Of a stretch of DNA of 50,574 nucleotides, positions 25,903 through 37,069 are shown one piece after another (position 1 is the first letter of the stretch; the number at the start of each line of letters is the position of its first letter). The translations under genes and the position numbers were made by a program. Source of the DNA: an uncultured Eubacteriales bacterium. Lineage in GTDB: Bacteria > Bacillota > Clostridia > Oscillospirales > CAG-272. The stretch covers positions 1-50,574 of the forward strand of contig URHI01000003.1 in the NCBI GenBank assembly GCA_900547565.1. The letters are read 5' to 3'. Under the pieces are notes generated by a model. The model did not search any database, was not told where the DNA came from, and saw nothing but the letters and a program-made list of their open reading frames with translations.

Positions 25903-26955
25903 ATGAAAACAAATGTCAGACATATAAATATTCCGGTGTTTATTCCACATCTCGGCTGCCCGAATATGTGTGTTTTCTGTAATCAGCGCACGATCTCCGG
26001 AACACAGGAGTTTCACCGCGAGTCGGTCAAAACGATAATTGATAATGCACTGTCCACAATTCCGGACGGCACCGACACTGAAATAGCGTTTTTCGGCGGT
26101 TCGTTCACGGGAATCGACCGTGATCTTATGATATATCTTCTTGATACAGCCGAGGAGTATGTACGTGCCGGTCGGGTCGGAGGGATAAGGCTGTCAACGC
26201 GGCCGGACTACATCAGCGATGAAATACTTGATATTCTCGGGCGTTATGCTGTGCACGACATAGAGCTTGGTATTCAGAGTATGGATGACCGCGTGCTTGC
26301 CGCATGCCGGCGCGGACACACTGCGGCACAGTCGGAGTATGCCTGCCGCGCAGTCAAATCCCGCGGATTTCGCCTTGTAGGGCAGATGATGACCGGACTT
26401 CCGGGGGCCGACGCACAGTCGGAGCTGCAGACGGCGCGTGCCATATGCCGGCTCGGGGCAGACGGCGCGCGGATATACCCCACCGTGGTGTTCCGGGGAA
26501 CCGAACTTTGCGACATGGCGCAAAGCGGAGACTACCGTATTTTATCGCAGGAAGATATTGTCAGCCGTACAAAGGATGTATTGGCTGTGTTTGTTTCGGA
26601 GGGAGTGCAGGTGCTCAGGGTTGGACTGTGTGCTTCCGAAAGCCTGACAGACGATACTCAGGTGTACGGTGGGGCAAACCATGCGGCGATAGGCGAGATA
26701 GTTATGGGCGAGCTGTATATGGATATAATCGCCCGAGTGCTCGTAGATGCGGGTGTGACGGGCGGGTATCTGACGCTGGCGGTGCCCGTCGGAGAAGTGT
26801 CCAAAGCCGTAGGACAAAACAAGAAAAATACGGCCAGAATAAAGCAATTATTTTCGGTTTGTGATGTAAAGTTCATTGAAGATGCAACGCTTAGTGCGTA
26901 TCAAGTCAAGATAAAAAGCCATAATCCCCAGAGGAGGACAGACAATTGTACCTGA
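25903..26955 (+). CDS. radical SAM protein (ELP3/COG1243-like catalytic domain, no GNAT domain)
   Basis: IPVFIPHLGCPNMCVFCNQ carries the CX3CX2C radical-SAM cluster motif; followed by ...IAFFGGSFT... and ...IRLSTRPD.I. ATG 25903 preferred over GTG 25891. The 3' end overlaps the smc TTG start by 10 nt. Confidence 0.8.
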   Translation: MKTNVRHINIPVFIPHLGCPNMCVFCNQRTISGTQEFHRESVKTIIDNALSTIPDGTDTEIAFFGGSFTGIDRDLMIYLLDTAEEYVRAGRVGGIRLSTRPDYISDEILDILGRYAVHDIELGIQSMDDRVLAACRRGHTAAQSEYACRAVKSRGFRLVGQMMTGLPGADAQSELQTARAICRLGADGARIYPTVVFRGTELCDMAQSGDYRILSQEDIVSRTKDVLAVFVSEGVQVLRVGLCASESLTDDTQVYGGANHAAIGEIVMGELYMDIIARVLVDAGVTGGYLTLAVPVGEVSKAVGQNKKNTARIKQLFSVCDVKFIEDATLSAYQVKIKSHNPQRRTDNCT

Positions 26956-29900
26956 AATCGCTTGAAATGCAGGGCTTCAAGTCCTTTCCGGATAAGACCA
27001 AGCTGATATTTGAGAACGGTACTACCGTTATCGTAGGTCCTAACGGAAGCGGCAAATCAAATATTTCCGACGCAATGCGTTGGGTGTTGGGAGAGATATC
27101 GACCAAGTCCATCCGAAGCGCCAAAATGGAGGACATCATTTTCGGCGGTGCTGACGGTCGCAAACCTATGAGCTTTGCCGAGGTTTCGGTGACATTCGAC
27201 AATACCGACAAGGAGCACCGGCTTGAAAGCCCGTTTGACGAGGTTACGGTTACCCGTAGATATTACCGTGCCGGTGAAAGTGAATATCTGATAAACCGCC
27301 GCCCGGTTCGTCTTAAAGACATATATGAACTGTTTATGAATACAGGCATAGGGCGTGACGGATATTCTATTATAGGTCAGGGCAAAATAGCTGAGATACT
27401 GTCGCGCAAAAGCGACGAGCGGCGAAGTATTTTCGAGGATGCGTCGGGCATTGCCAAGTATCGTTTCAAAAAGAACGATTCCGAGCGTAAGCTGGCAGCT
27501 ACCGAGGATAACATGAACCGTGCAAACGATATTTTCACGGTTATCTGCGAGCAGTTGGGGCCGCTCGAAAAGGATGCCGAAAAGGCACGCCGTGCTATTG
27601 AGCTTATGGAGGCCAAAAAGAAGGTTGATGTCCAGCTGTGGCTGTTCGATACCGATCGTCTTCACCATGAGGTAGAGCAGGCAGAGGAGAGGTTCAAGTA
27701 TTCTTCGTTCGACCTGCAAAACGCCAACGAGGCGCTTCAGGCTTACGAGCAGCAGTATGAGCGTTTGAATCAGGCCTCACAGGATAACCGCCGTATTTCG
27801 GCTGAGCTGCTCGAGCGTATACAGGAGCGCACAAAGCTGAATTTTGAAATAGACAGTCAGTTCAAGGTCAATGAAAATCAGATCTCCCATTGCCGTGAGC
27901 TTATAGCCTCTGCCGAAGGCGAGGTGGTCAGCCTGCGGCGCACGCTTGAAGCTGAAGAGAAGGATTACATCGGTCGCAATGCCAGGCTGACAGAGTTGAA
28001 CGCTAAGCTGGTACAGCTGAGAGAACAGCAGGAGCATTGCCGGCGCGAGTCGGCAGACTACGAGGCGCAGGCAGCCAAGCTGTCCGATGCGATCGACAGA
28101 GCGTTGGCTGACATACGCAATCTTGAAAAAGAGGCTATTGATGCCAAGGTTCAGCTGTCTGTTATCGAGAATGCCCAGCTGACAAATACCGATAAAAACA
28201 GCTCCATTGCCGTAGAGCTTGAAAAGTATACTGAAATTTCGGATGAACTTACACATAGCTGTGAGCAAAAGCAGGCGCAGGTGGATGGATACAACGTTCA
28301 GATAGCCGGTTTTCAGACTGAGCTGGATGCTACAGTCCGCAAAGCTGACAAAGCTGCCTCTGACCGCGCCGCTTGTGAGAGCGAGATCGCACGGCTGACG
28401 CTTGAGCGCGATACACGGCGTCAGCGCATTGAAACATTCCGTGCAATGGAGGAGCAGTTTGAAGGCTATTCGTCCAGCGTGCGGTTCGTTATGAAGAGCT
28501 ATGCGGAAGGGCGCATCAAAAACCAGATGGGTATGCCGTGCGGCCGTATTTACGGCCCGCTGTCCAAACTGATTAGTGTTGAGGATAAGTATGTAAGTGC
28601 GGTCGAAACGGCGCTTGGAGCGAATTTACAGCACATAGTCGTCGAGGACGAGGGGGTTGCAAAGTCCGCCATGGCGGCGCTGAAACGCGAGAACGCAGGG
28701 CGCGCAACATTTTTCCCGCTGACTTCCATGCGCGGCCAGGCTCCGTCAAACGAAATAAGAGAAGCTGCCGGCTTTGCAGGTTATATCGGCGTGGCGGACG
28801 AGCTGGTACGGTGTGAGCCAAAGTTCCGGGAGATACTTTCCAGTCTTGTCGGGCGTACGCTGGTGTTTGACAATATCGATAATGCAACCGTTATGGCCAA
28901 GGCGCAGAAATACCGCGTTCGCGTTGTGACGCTTGACGGTCAGCAGATCAATTTCGGCGGTTCGTTTACGGGCGGCTCGACCAGGACAAACGGTAGTATC
29001 TTAGGCCGTGCCGGTGAGATAAAACGGCTTGAGACAGAGGCCTCAGAGCTTGATATGCGACTGAATGAGGCGGAAAAATCCCGGGACGAGCTTGATAACA
29101 AGCTGGCCGGACTGCGTGATGCTCGTTCGTCGCTTGAGGAACGAATTAAGCTGACTGATGTTCTGCGTTCGGGCGAGCAGGCAGGGCTTGAGCAGGTCAA
29201 GGCCAAGCTGGATGCCAACAATACGCTGATGTCCAAGCTCAAAAGCGATATCGACGGCATTGCCGAACAGCAGCAGCGTCAGGCAGAGGATATGGACGAG
29301 CTACGTCGTCGCAGTGCCGAGATCACAGGACAGATAGCAGAAATTACCGAGTTCCGCAGTGCAAAGGATATTGAGCGCAATGATGTACTTGATAAAAAAT
29401 CAGCAAGTGACAATCAGGGTGTACAATTATTCATCGCCATAAGCGAGGTTCAGAAGGACATTGAGACCGAGCAGACATTACAGCAGTCAGCCGCCGAGCG
29501 CAGCGAGAACTGCCGTAACGACATAAACGCCCGCCGCTTACGAATTAATGAGCTTCGTCAAAATGTCGAGCAGCTTGTAGCAGAGCAGACCGACAACCGG
29601 GCTGTGGCCGTTCAAGGCGATGATGAGTTGAAAAAGCTCAACGCCAAGCGGGCGGAGGCTGAGCAGGGAGGGCTTGAATATGAGCGACTGCTTAACGAGC
29701 TTAATGTCAAAACAAAAGAAAAACAATCGCAAAAGGAGACAATTCTCCGCGATCACACTTTCAATGAGAATAAGCTAAATCAGCTGCGCCAGGAGCAGGA
29801 CGAGTTGTCCACAAGACTTTGGGACGACTACCAGATGACGCGCGCCGAAGCGGTTGCGCTCGGCTATCCTGCGCTTGACGCAAAGACACGCCCGGCGGCT

Positions 29901-30578
29901 GTCACAGAACAGACTTCCTGCCGAAACCGCCTCCGCGTGCTTGGCAATGTCGACCTTGACGCCGTCAACAAATACAACGAAATCAAGAAAAAGCACGATG
30001 AAATGGAGGCTCAGATCAAAGATCTGGAAAAAGCCAAAAAAGAGCTTTTGTCGGTTATCAGTGAGTTGGAAACCAATATGGAGAGCACCTTTCTTGACTC
30101 TTTCAACCGCATAAACGAAAATTTCAATCGTGTTTTCTCCGAGCTGTTCGGAGGAGGCTCTGCCAAGCTGTCGCTGACCGATCCTGCCAATGTGCTTGAG
30201 AGCGGTATTGAGATCAGCGCAGCGCCTCCCGGAAAAATCATTAAAAACCTTATGCAGCTGTCAGGCGGTGAACAGGCGTTTGTGGCGATTGCGCTGTTCT
30301 TTGCTATATTGCAGGTCAACCCCACACCGTTCTGCATTCTCGATGAGATTGAGGCGGCACTTGATGAGGTCAATGTGGGCAGATTTGCGGAATACATAAA
30401 GAAATATTCGGACGGCACGCAGTTTGTGCTTATCACACACCGCCGCGGCACCATGGAGGCGGCAAACCGGCTGTACGGCGTCACCATGCCCGAGCATGGT
30501 ATTTCCAAGGTGCTGACGCTTAATGTGGACGATATTTCAAAAACAAGAGGAGATGACTGGAATGGCATTTTTGGATAA
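26946..30578 (+). CDS. smc: chromosome segregation protein SMC
   Basis: 1210 aa. MYLKSLEMQGFKSF, Walker A GPNGSGKSN, long coiled coils, a hinge (about aa 530-650), signature LSGGEQA, Walker B FCILDEIEAALD. TTG start 8 nt after GGAGGA. Confidence 0.97.
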   Translation: MYLKSLEMQGFKSFPDKTKLIFENGTTVIVGPNGSGKSNISDAMRWVLGEISTKSIRSAKMEDIIFGGADGRKPMSFAEVSVTFDNTDKEHRLESPFDEVTVTRRYYRAGESEYLINRRPVRLKDIYELFMNTGIGRDGYSIIGQGKIAEILSRKSDERRSIFEDASGIAKYRFKKNDSERKLAATEDNMNRANDIFTVICEQLGPLEKDAEKARRAIELMEAKKKVDVQLWLFDTDRLHHEVEQAEERFKYSSFDLQNANEALQAYEQQYERLNQASQDNRRISAELLERIQERTKLNFEIDSQFKVNENQISHCRELIASAEGEVVSLRRTLEAEEKDYIGRNARLTELNAKLVQLREQQEHCRRESADYEAQAAKLSDAIDRALADIRNLEKEAIDAKVQLSVIENAQLTNTDKNSSIAVELEKYTEISDELTHSCEQKQAQVDGYNVQIAGFQTELDATVRKADKAASDRAACESEIARLTLERDTRRQRIETFRAMEEQFEGYSSSVRFVMKSYAEGRIKNQMGMPCGRIYGPLSKLISVEDKYVSAVETALGANLQHIVVEDEGVAKSAMAALKRENAGRATFFPLTSMRGQAPSNEIREAAGFAGYIGVADELVRCEPKFREILSSLVGRTLVFDNIDNATVMAKAQKYRVRVVTLDGQQINFGGSFTGGSTRTNGSILGRAGEIKRLETEASELDMRLNEAEKSRDELDNKLAGLRDARSSLEERIKLTDVLRSGEQAGLEQVKAKLDANNTLMSKLKSDIDGIAEQQQRQAEDMDELRRRSAEITGQIAEITEFRSAKDIERNDVLDKKSASDNQGVQLFIAISEVQKDIETEQTLQQSAAERSENCRNDINARRLRINELRQNVEQLVAEQTDNRAVAVQGDDELKKLNAKRAEAEQGGLEYERLLNELNVKTKEKQSQKETILRDHTFNENKLNQLRQEQDELSTRLWDDYQMTRAEAVALGYPALDAKTRPAAVTEQTSCRNRLRVLGNVDLDAVNKYNEIKKKHDEMEAQIKDLEKAKKELLSVISELETNMESTFLDSFNRINENFNRVFSELFGGGSAKLSLTDPANVLESGIEISAAPPGKIIKNLMQLSGGEQAFVAIALFFAILQVNPTPFCILDEIEAALDEVNVGRFAEYIKKYSDGTQFVLITHRRGTMEAANRLYGVTMPEHGISKVLTLNVDDISKTRGDDWNGIFG

Positions 30579-31467
30579 ACTCAAATCAGGACTTGCCAAG
30601 ACAAAGGACGCACTTTTCAAGCAGGTAGACAACCTGCTCAAGAGCTTTGTAAAGGTTGACGAAGACCTTATAGACGAGCTTGAGGAGCTTCTGATCTGTG
30701 CCGATGTAGGCGTTGCGGCAACAGAGGAGATTACCGAACGGCTTCGTGATCAGATAAAAGAGGGGCGCCTCAAGGAAAAGGATCAGGTCATGCAGGTATT
30801 GCGTGAAATACTTACCGATATGATTGGCGAGGGTGAGCCGCTGAGACTTGATACCAAGCCGTCAGTTATATTGGTAATAGGGGTCAACGGTGCGGGCAAA
30901 ACCACCTCGATAGGCAAGATATCAAAGCGCCTTATCGAAAGCGGAAAAAGCGTTGTTGTCGCGGCATCCGATACCTTCAGAGCCGCAGCCATCGACCAGC
31001 TTGCGGTTTGGTGCGAGCGTTCGGGGGCAGAGCTTGTGCGTCAGCAGGAAGGCTCAGACCCGGCGGCCGTAGTGTATGATGCGGCGGGATATGCCAAAAA
31101 GCACGGCGCCGATGTGTTGATCATTGACACGGCGGGAAGACTGCACAACAAAAAAAATCTAATGGACGAGCTGGCAAAAATAAATCGCGTTATAGACAGG
31201 GAGCTACCCGGTGCATCGCGTGAGAATCTGCTCGTGCTGGACGCAACGACCGGTCAGAACGCGGTAATGCAGGCCAAGGAGTTCGGTCACGCTGCTCAGG
31301 TAACGGGACTGATACTCAATAAGCTGGACGGTACAGCCAAAGGCGGCATCGTACTATCAATAAAAAAGGAGCTTGACATACCTGTCAAGTTCATCGGTGT
31401 AGGTGAAAAAATTGATGATATGCAGCCGTTTGACGCAGGAGAATTCGTCAACGCGTTGTTTGACTGA
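30562..31467 (+). CDS. ftsY: signal recognition particle receptor FtsY
   Basis: NG domain: GVNGAGKTTSIGK, DTAGRLHNK, LNKLDGTAKGG. ATG 30562 preceded by AAGAGGAG; overlaps the smc 3' end. Confidence 0.95.
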   Translation: MAFLDKLKSGLAKTKDALFKQVDNLLKSFVKVDEDLIDELEELLICADVGVAATEEITERLRDQIKEGRLKEKDQVMQVLREILTDMIGEGEPLRLDTKPSVILVIGVNGAGKTTSIGKISKRLIESGKSVVVAASDTFRAAAIDQLAVWCERSGAELVRQQEGSDPAAVVYDAAGYAKKHGADVLIIDTAGRLHNKKNLMDELAKINRVIDRELPGASRENLLVLDATTGQNAVMQAKEFGHAAQVTGLILNKLDGTAKGGIVLSIKKELDIPVKFIGVGEKIDDMQPFDAGEFVNALFD

Positions 31468-31488
31468 TGTCATGCACCTGAATTTACA

Positions 31489-32520
31489 ATGAAGATAAAG
31501 TCAAGAGTTATTATTTCATGCTGTGCCGTTGTAATGCTGTTATTTGTTTTGCTGTGGTTGGCACAATGTCTGCTTGTCCCCAAATATACGTCTGATGACA
31601 TACCCGAAGGTGCGCTGATATCCGAATACTATCAAAGTGCAGGTGGACACGACGTATTGTTTGTCGGTGACTGCGAGGTATATGAGAACTTTTCTCCGGT
31701 CACACTGTGGGAAAAGTACGGCATATCATCGTATATTCGCGGCAGTGCGCAGCAGCTGATATGGCAGTCATATTATATGCTTGCGGAGATGCTGGAATAC
31801 GAAACGCCGCAAGTCGTAGTGTACAATGTTCTTGCAATGAAATACGGTACTCCGCAGTCGGAGGCATACAACCGGCTCAATCTCGACGGCATGCGCATGT
31901 CATCATACAAAATAAAAGCAGTACGTGCGTCGATGACGGACGGTGAGTCGTTTCTAAGCTATGTTTTTCCGCTTCTGCGCTATCATTCGCGTTGGAGCGA
32001 ACTCGGTGCGAACGATGTGACGTACATGTTCCGCCGCGACAGTGTCAGTCATGCGGGATATCTTATGCAGACGGGAGTGCGCGGCATTGATCCTGCGTCG
32101 ATCCCGGCGGCGCCGCCGCTTGAGAGCTATGAGTTGCCCCGGGTCTGTTGGGACTATCTTGACCGTATGCGTGACCTATGCGAACAGCACGGCTGTCAGC
32201 TGGTGTTGATAAAGGCGCCGAGCCTTTATCCGCATTGGTATGCCGAGTGGGACAGTCAGGTCGCCGATTATGCCTCGCGATACGGCCTTAAATATTATAA
32301 TCTTTTGGCAATATATCAGGATATCGGCATAGACTGGTCGTGCGACACATATGACATGGGGCTTCACCTAAATGTGACCGGTGCAGAAAAGCTGTCAGAA
32401 TATTTCGGCCGCGTGCTGCTCGCGGACTGCGGTGTTGTTGACCGCCGCGGGGAAACAAAGTCCATCGACGCATGGTCGGAAATCTGCCGGGCTTATTATA
32501 ATGAAAAGGAAAACAGATAA
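31489..32520 (+). CDS. membrane-anchored SGNH/DltD-like hydrolase or acyl-esterase family protein (putative)
   Basis: N-terminal TM anchor, then DVLFVGDCEVY where SGNH/DltD proteins carry the GDS/GSS nucleophile block, and a C-terminal DMGLHLN (Asp/His block). The family call is by eye and tentative. Confidence 0.55.
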   Translation: MKIKSRVIISCCAVVMLLFVLLWLAQCLLVPKYTSDDIPEGALISEYYQSAGGHDVLFVGDCEVYENFSPVTLWEKYGISSYIRGSAQQLIWQSYYMLAEMLEYETPQVVVYNVLAMKYGTPQSEAYNRLNLDGMRMSSYKIKAVRASMTDGESFLSYVFPLLRYHSRWSELGANDVTYMFRRDSVSHAGYLMQTGVRGIDPASIPAAPPLESYELPRVCWDYLDRMRDLCEQHGCQLVLIKAPSLYPHWYAEWDSQVADYASRYGLKYYNLLAIYQDIGIDWSCDTYDMGLHLNVTGAEKLSEYFGRVLLADCGVVDRRGETKSIDAWSEICRAYYNEKENR

Positions 32521-32521
32521 A

Positions 32522-33034
32522 ATGAAAAAGCGTATTGCGCTATTGCTTGCCGTTGTGCTTGTTATGTTTGCGGTGCTTGTCGCATGTAAGGACGGCGGAG
32601 AGAATCCGCCGAACGGAGATGATCATATTTACAGCTTTTCATATAACGGAGTAAATATAGCTCCCGGTGACTCCTTCGCTGAGATACAGTCGCGGCTGGG
32701 AAATCCGACAAGCTATTATGAGGCGGCTTCCTGCGCTTTCGACGGCAACGATAAAATATACACCTATGGAGGTAATGTCCAGGTCAGCGTATCTTCGCTG
32801 GCAGGTGTTGACACCGTTTTCATGGTGACACTGCTTGATGATGCGGTTGCAACCCCCGAGGGTATTTGCGTCGGAAGTGCAAAGGAGCAGGTGACGGTGG
32901 CATATGGAGAAGGTGTTGACAACGGTACGTCACTGGTTTATGCGGCGGGAAATACCGAGCTGGTTTTCCTCATACGTGATGGGTGTGTGACGTCTGTTCA
33001 GTACAGATATACGGATACAGCCGCCGCAAGCTGA
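32522..33034 (+). CDS. lipoprotein, function unknown
   Basis: MKKRIALLLAVVLVMFAVLVAC|KDGG is a signal peptide plus lipobox (LVAC). ATG 32522 begins 1 nt after the upstream stop codon. The longer track ORF (from 32381) overlaps the previous gene in another frame. Confidence 0.75.
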   Translation: MKKRIALLLAVVLVMFAVLVACKDGGENPPNGDDHIYSFSYNGVNIAPGDSFAEIQSRLGNPTSYYEAASCAFDGNDKIYTYGGNVQVSVSSLAGVDTVFMVTLLDDAVATPEGICVGSAKEQVTVAYGEGVDNGTSLVYAAGNTELVFLIRDGCVTSVQYRYTDTAAAS

Positions 33035-33092
33035 AAATTAGCACTGAAAAACAAAAATCGCAAAAAAAATTAAAAAATTTTTGAAAAACCCC

Positions 33093-33121
33093 TTGACAAA
33101 CGGTTCGATTAGTGGTAAATT
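33093..33121 (+). promoter_or_regulatory. sigma-A promoter of the hrcA-dnaK operon
   Basis: TTGACA (33093-33098), 17 nt, TAAATT (33116-33121), preceded by an A/T-rich UP-like tract. Confidence 0.65.
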
Positions 33122-33132
33122 TATAGCATAGT

Positions 33133-33159
33133 TTAGCACTTGGTGCTCACGAGTGCTAA
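33133..33159 (+). promoter_or_regulatory. CIRCE operator (HrcA binding site)
   Basis: TTAGCACTT-GGTGCTCAC-GAGTGCTAA against the consensus TTAGCACTC-N9-GAGTGCTAA (one mismatch), located between the promoter and the hrcA ATG. Confidence 0.92.
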
Positions 33160-33216
33160 AACGAAGCAGAATTCACCGCTGATTGAACTGTTTTTTAATA
33201 GGAAGGAGGGCGCGTC

Positions 33217-34311
33217 ATGAAAAACGATCCGCATGAATTAAGCGAGAGAAAAAAGCTGATACTTAAAGCAATAGTAGACGCGCATATCGAGGGCGGTGAG
33301 CCGGTAGGTTCAAAATACATTTTGGAAAGCCACCGCTTGGCATGCTCATCGGCGACAATACGCAACGAAATGGCAGAGCTTGAGGAAATGGGATATCTTG
33401 AGCAGCCCCATACTTCGTCAGGTCGAGTTCCGAGTGAGCTTGGCTACCGCTTCTACGTTGACAGCCTTATAGACCATTACGCTATGACTGCCCGTGAGGT
33501 TGTGCAAATCAACAATTTGCTGAAGATCAAAATGGAAGAGCTCGATCAGATACTTGATACTGCCTCCAAGCTGGCCAGTAGCCTTACAAATTACACCGGC
33601 ATTGCAATACGGCCGAAGGCTACGTCCGTTAGCTTTGAGCGGTATGAAACGGTTTACATCGATCCGCATAATCTGTTGCTTATAATGATGAACGGTACGG
33701 CGCTTGTTAAAACCAAAAACATACGCTGTGACGAGCCTGTTGACCCTGAAACGGTGGCGGCACTGGGGCGCACATTAAATGAAAACATGTCGGGGTGCAC
33801 TGCCGGCGACGTAACGCTCTCCATGATGATGAAGATGGAGGCCGATATGGGTAACCGCCAGGAGCCCTTGAACACAGCGCTCAAGACTATATACAAGGTC
33901 GCGGGCGAGCTGGATGGCGGAGAACTTAAATTGAGCGGACTTAACCGTCTGCTTCAGTATCCTGAGTATTCCGATCAGGAACAGCTGGGAGAACTTATCG
34001 GCGCACTGGAGAGCAAGGACGAGATACTTAACCTTGTGGGTGAGTCGGAGAAAAAGAGCGGCGACGAAGACAGAGTTAAAGTAGTGTTGGGCTCGGAAAG
34101 CTCGGTCAAGGTGATGAATCAGTCGGCCATAGTTTATAAACAAATCAAAAAGGACGGCAGGACAGTCGGAGCGATCGGAATTATCGGACCGTTGCGAATG
34201 GATTATGCAAAGGTGCTTGCTACTATCGACAGTCTTGGCGGCAACATTGCCAATCTTCTTGACGGCGGTGATAAACCTCAGCTGACCGACGGAGGCAAGA
34301 CAGATGATTAG
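33217..34311 (+). CDS. hrcA: heat-inducible transcription repressor HrcA
   Basis: LSERKKLILKAIVDAHIEGGEPVGSKY... winged-helix N-terminus, ...TIRNEMAELEEMGYLEQPHTSSGRVPS..GYR.YVD. Confidence 0.95.
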   Translation: MKNDPHELSERKKLILKAIVDAHIEGGEPVGSKYILESHRLACSSATIRNEMAELEEMGYLEQPHTSSGRVPSELGYRFYVDSLIDHYAMTAREVVQINNLLKIKMEELDQILDTASKLASSLTNYTGIAIRPKATSVSFERYETVYIDPHNLLLIMMNGTALVKTKNIRCDEPVDPETVAALGRTLNENMSGCTAGDVTLSMMMKMEADMGNRQEPLNTALKTIYKVAGELDGGELKLSGLNRLLQYPEYSDQEQLGELIGALESKDEILNLVGESEKKSGDEDRVKVVLGSESSVKVMNQSAIVYKQIKKDGRTVGAIGIIGPLRMDYAKVLATIDSLGGNIANLLDGGDKPQLTDGGKTDD

Positions 34312-34355
34312 CCATCATTCCGATAAACACCAACAGAAAGGAAGCGCGTTATCAA

Positions 34356-34979
34356 ATGGAAGATAAGAACAAGCAGGATTCAGCTCCCGAGGCTCAGAAA
34401 AACAGCCCACCGGAGCCCGAAACCGAATTAACAAGCGGTGAGGTCGTTGAGACCGAGCCGGAGGATAAATTGCCGGAGGATAAAGACACGAAAGGCGAAA
34501 AGAAAAAAATCAAAAAGCTCGAGAGCGAGATAGAGGGACTTCACCGTCAGCTTGAACGCGCTGAAAAAACAGCGTCGGAGGCAAACGACAAGTATCTACG
34601 CATGCTGGCCGAATACGATAACTTCCGTAAGCGCTCTGCGAAAGAGCGTGAGAGTTGCTACACTGATGCCTATTCCGATGCGATGACGGCAGTCCTTCCG
34701 GTGCTCGACAATCTTGAGCGAGCTGCGCAGTATTCGGATGCCGAAGCAGTATCCAAAGGACTTGCATTAACGCTCAAGAGCTTTGAGGAGACCTTCAACA
34801 AGCTTGGTATTCACGAAATTGAGGCGGTGGGCAAACCCTTCGACCCACAGCTCCACAATGCTGTAATGCACGTTGAAGACGATCAATACGGTGAGAATGA
34901 AATCATCGAAGTGCTTCAGAAGGGATATATCAAAGGCGATAAGGTCATAAGGTACGCTATGGTCAAGGTCGCAAATTAA
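34356..34979 (+). CDS. grpE: nucleotide exchange factor GrpE
   Basis: Acidic N-terminus, ...YLRMLAEYDNFRKR..KE..., ...VLPVLDNLERA..., ...FDP.LH.AV...., ...GY...DKVIR.AMV.V. Confidence 0.95.
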   Translation: MEDKNKQDSAPEAQKNSPPEPETELTSGEVVETEPEDKLPEDKDTKGEKKKIKKLESEIEGLHRQLERAEKTASEANDKYLRMLAEYDNFRKRSAKERESCYTDAYSDAMTAVLPVLDNLERAAQYSDAEAVSKGLALTLKSFEETFNKLGIHEIEAVGKPFDPQLHNAVMHVEDDQYGENEIIEVLQKGYIKGDKVIRYAMVKVAN

Positions 34980-36878
<1,899 letters not shown>

Positions 36879-37069
36879 TCGATTTAACATCGGACATATG
36901 AGCGGGGAAGGGCAAAAATGCCCTTTCCCGCAAACCCGTATTGAGGACGGGCACAAAAACTGTCCGTATCAGGGGACATCAGCGTGAAAAATGAGGCCGC
37001 ACGGCTTCAAATACACTTTTTTCACGCACGGCCCGCAAATGGGTCGCTGAGAAAAGCGTGGTATCATAT

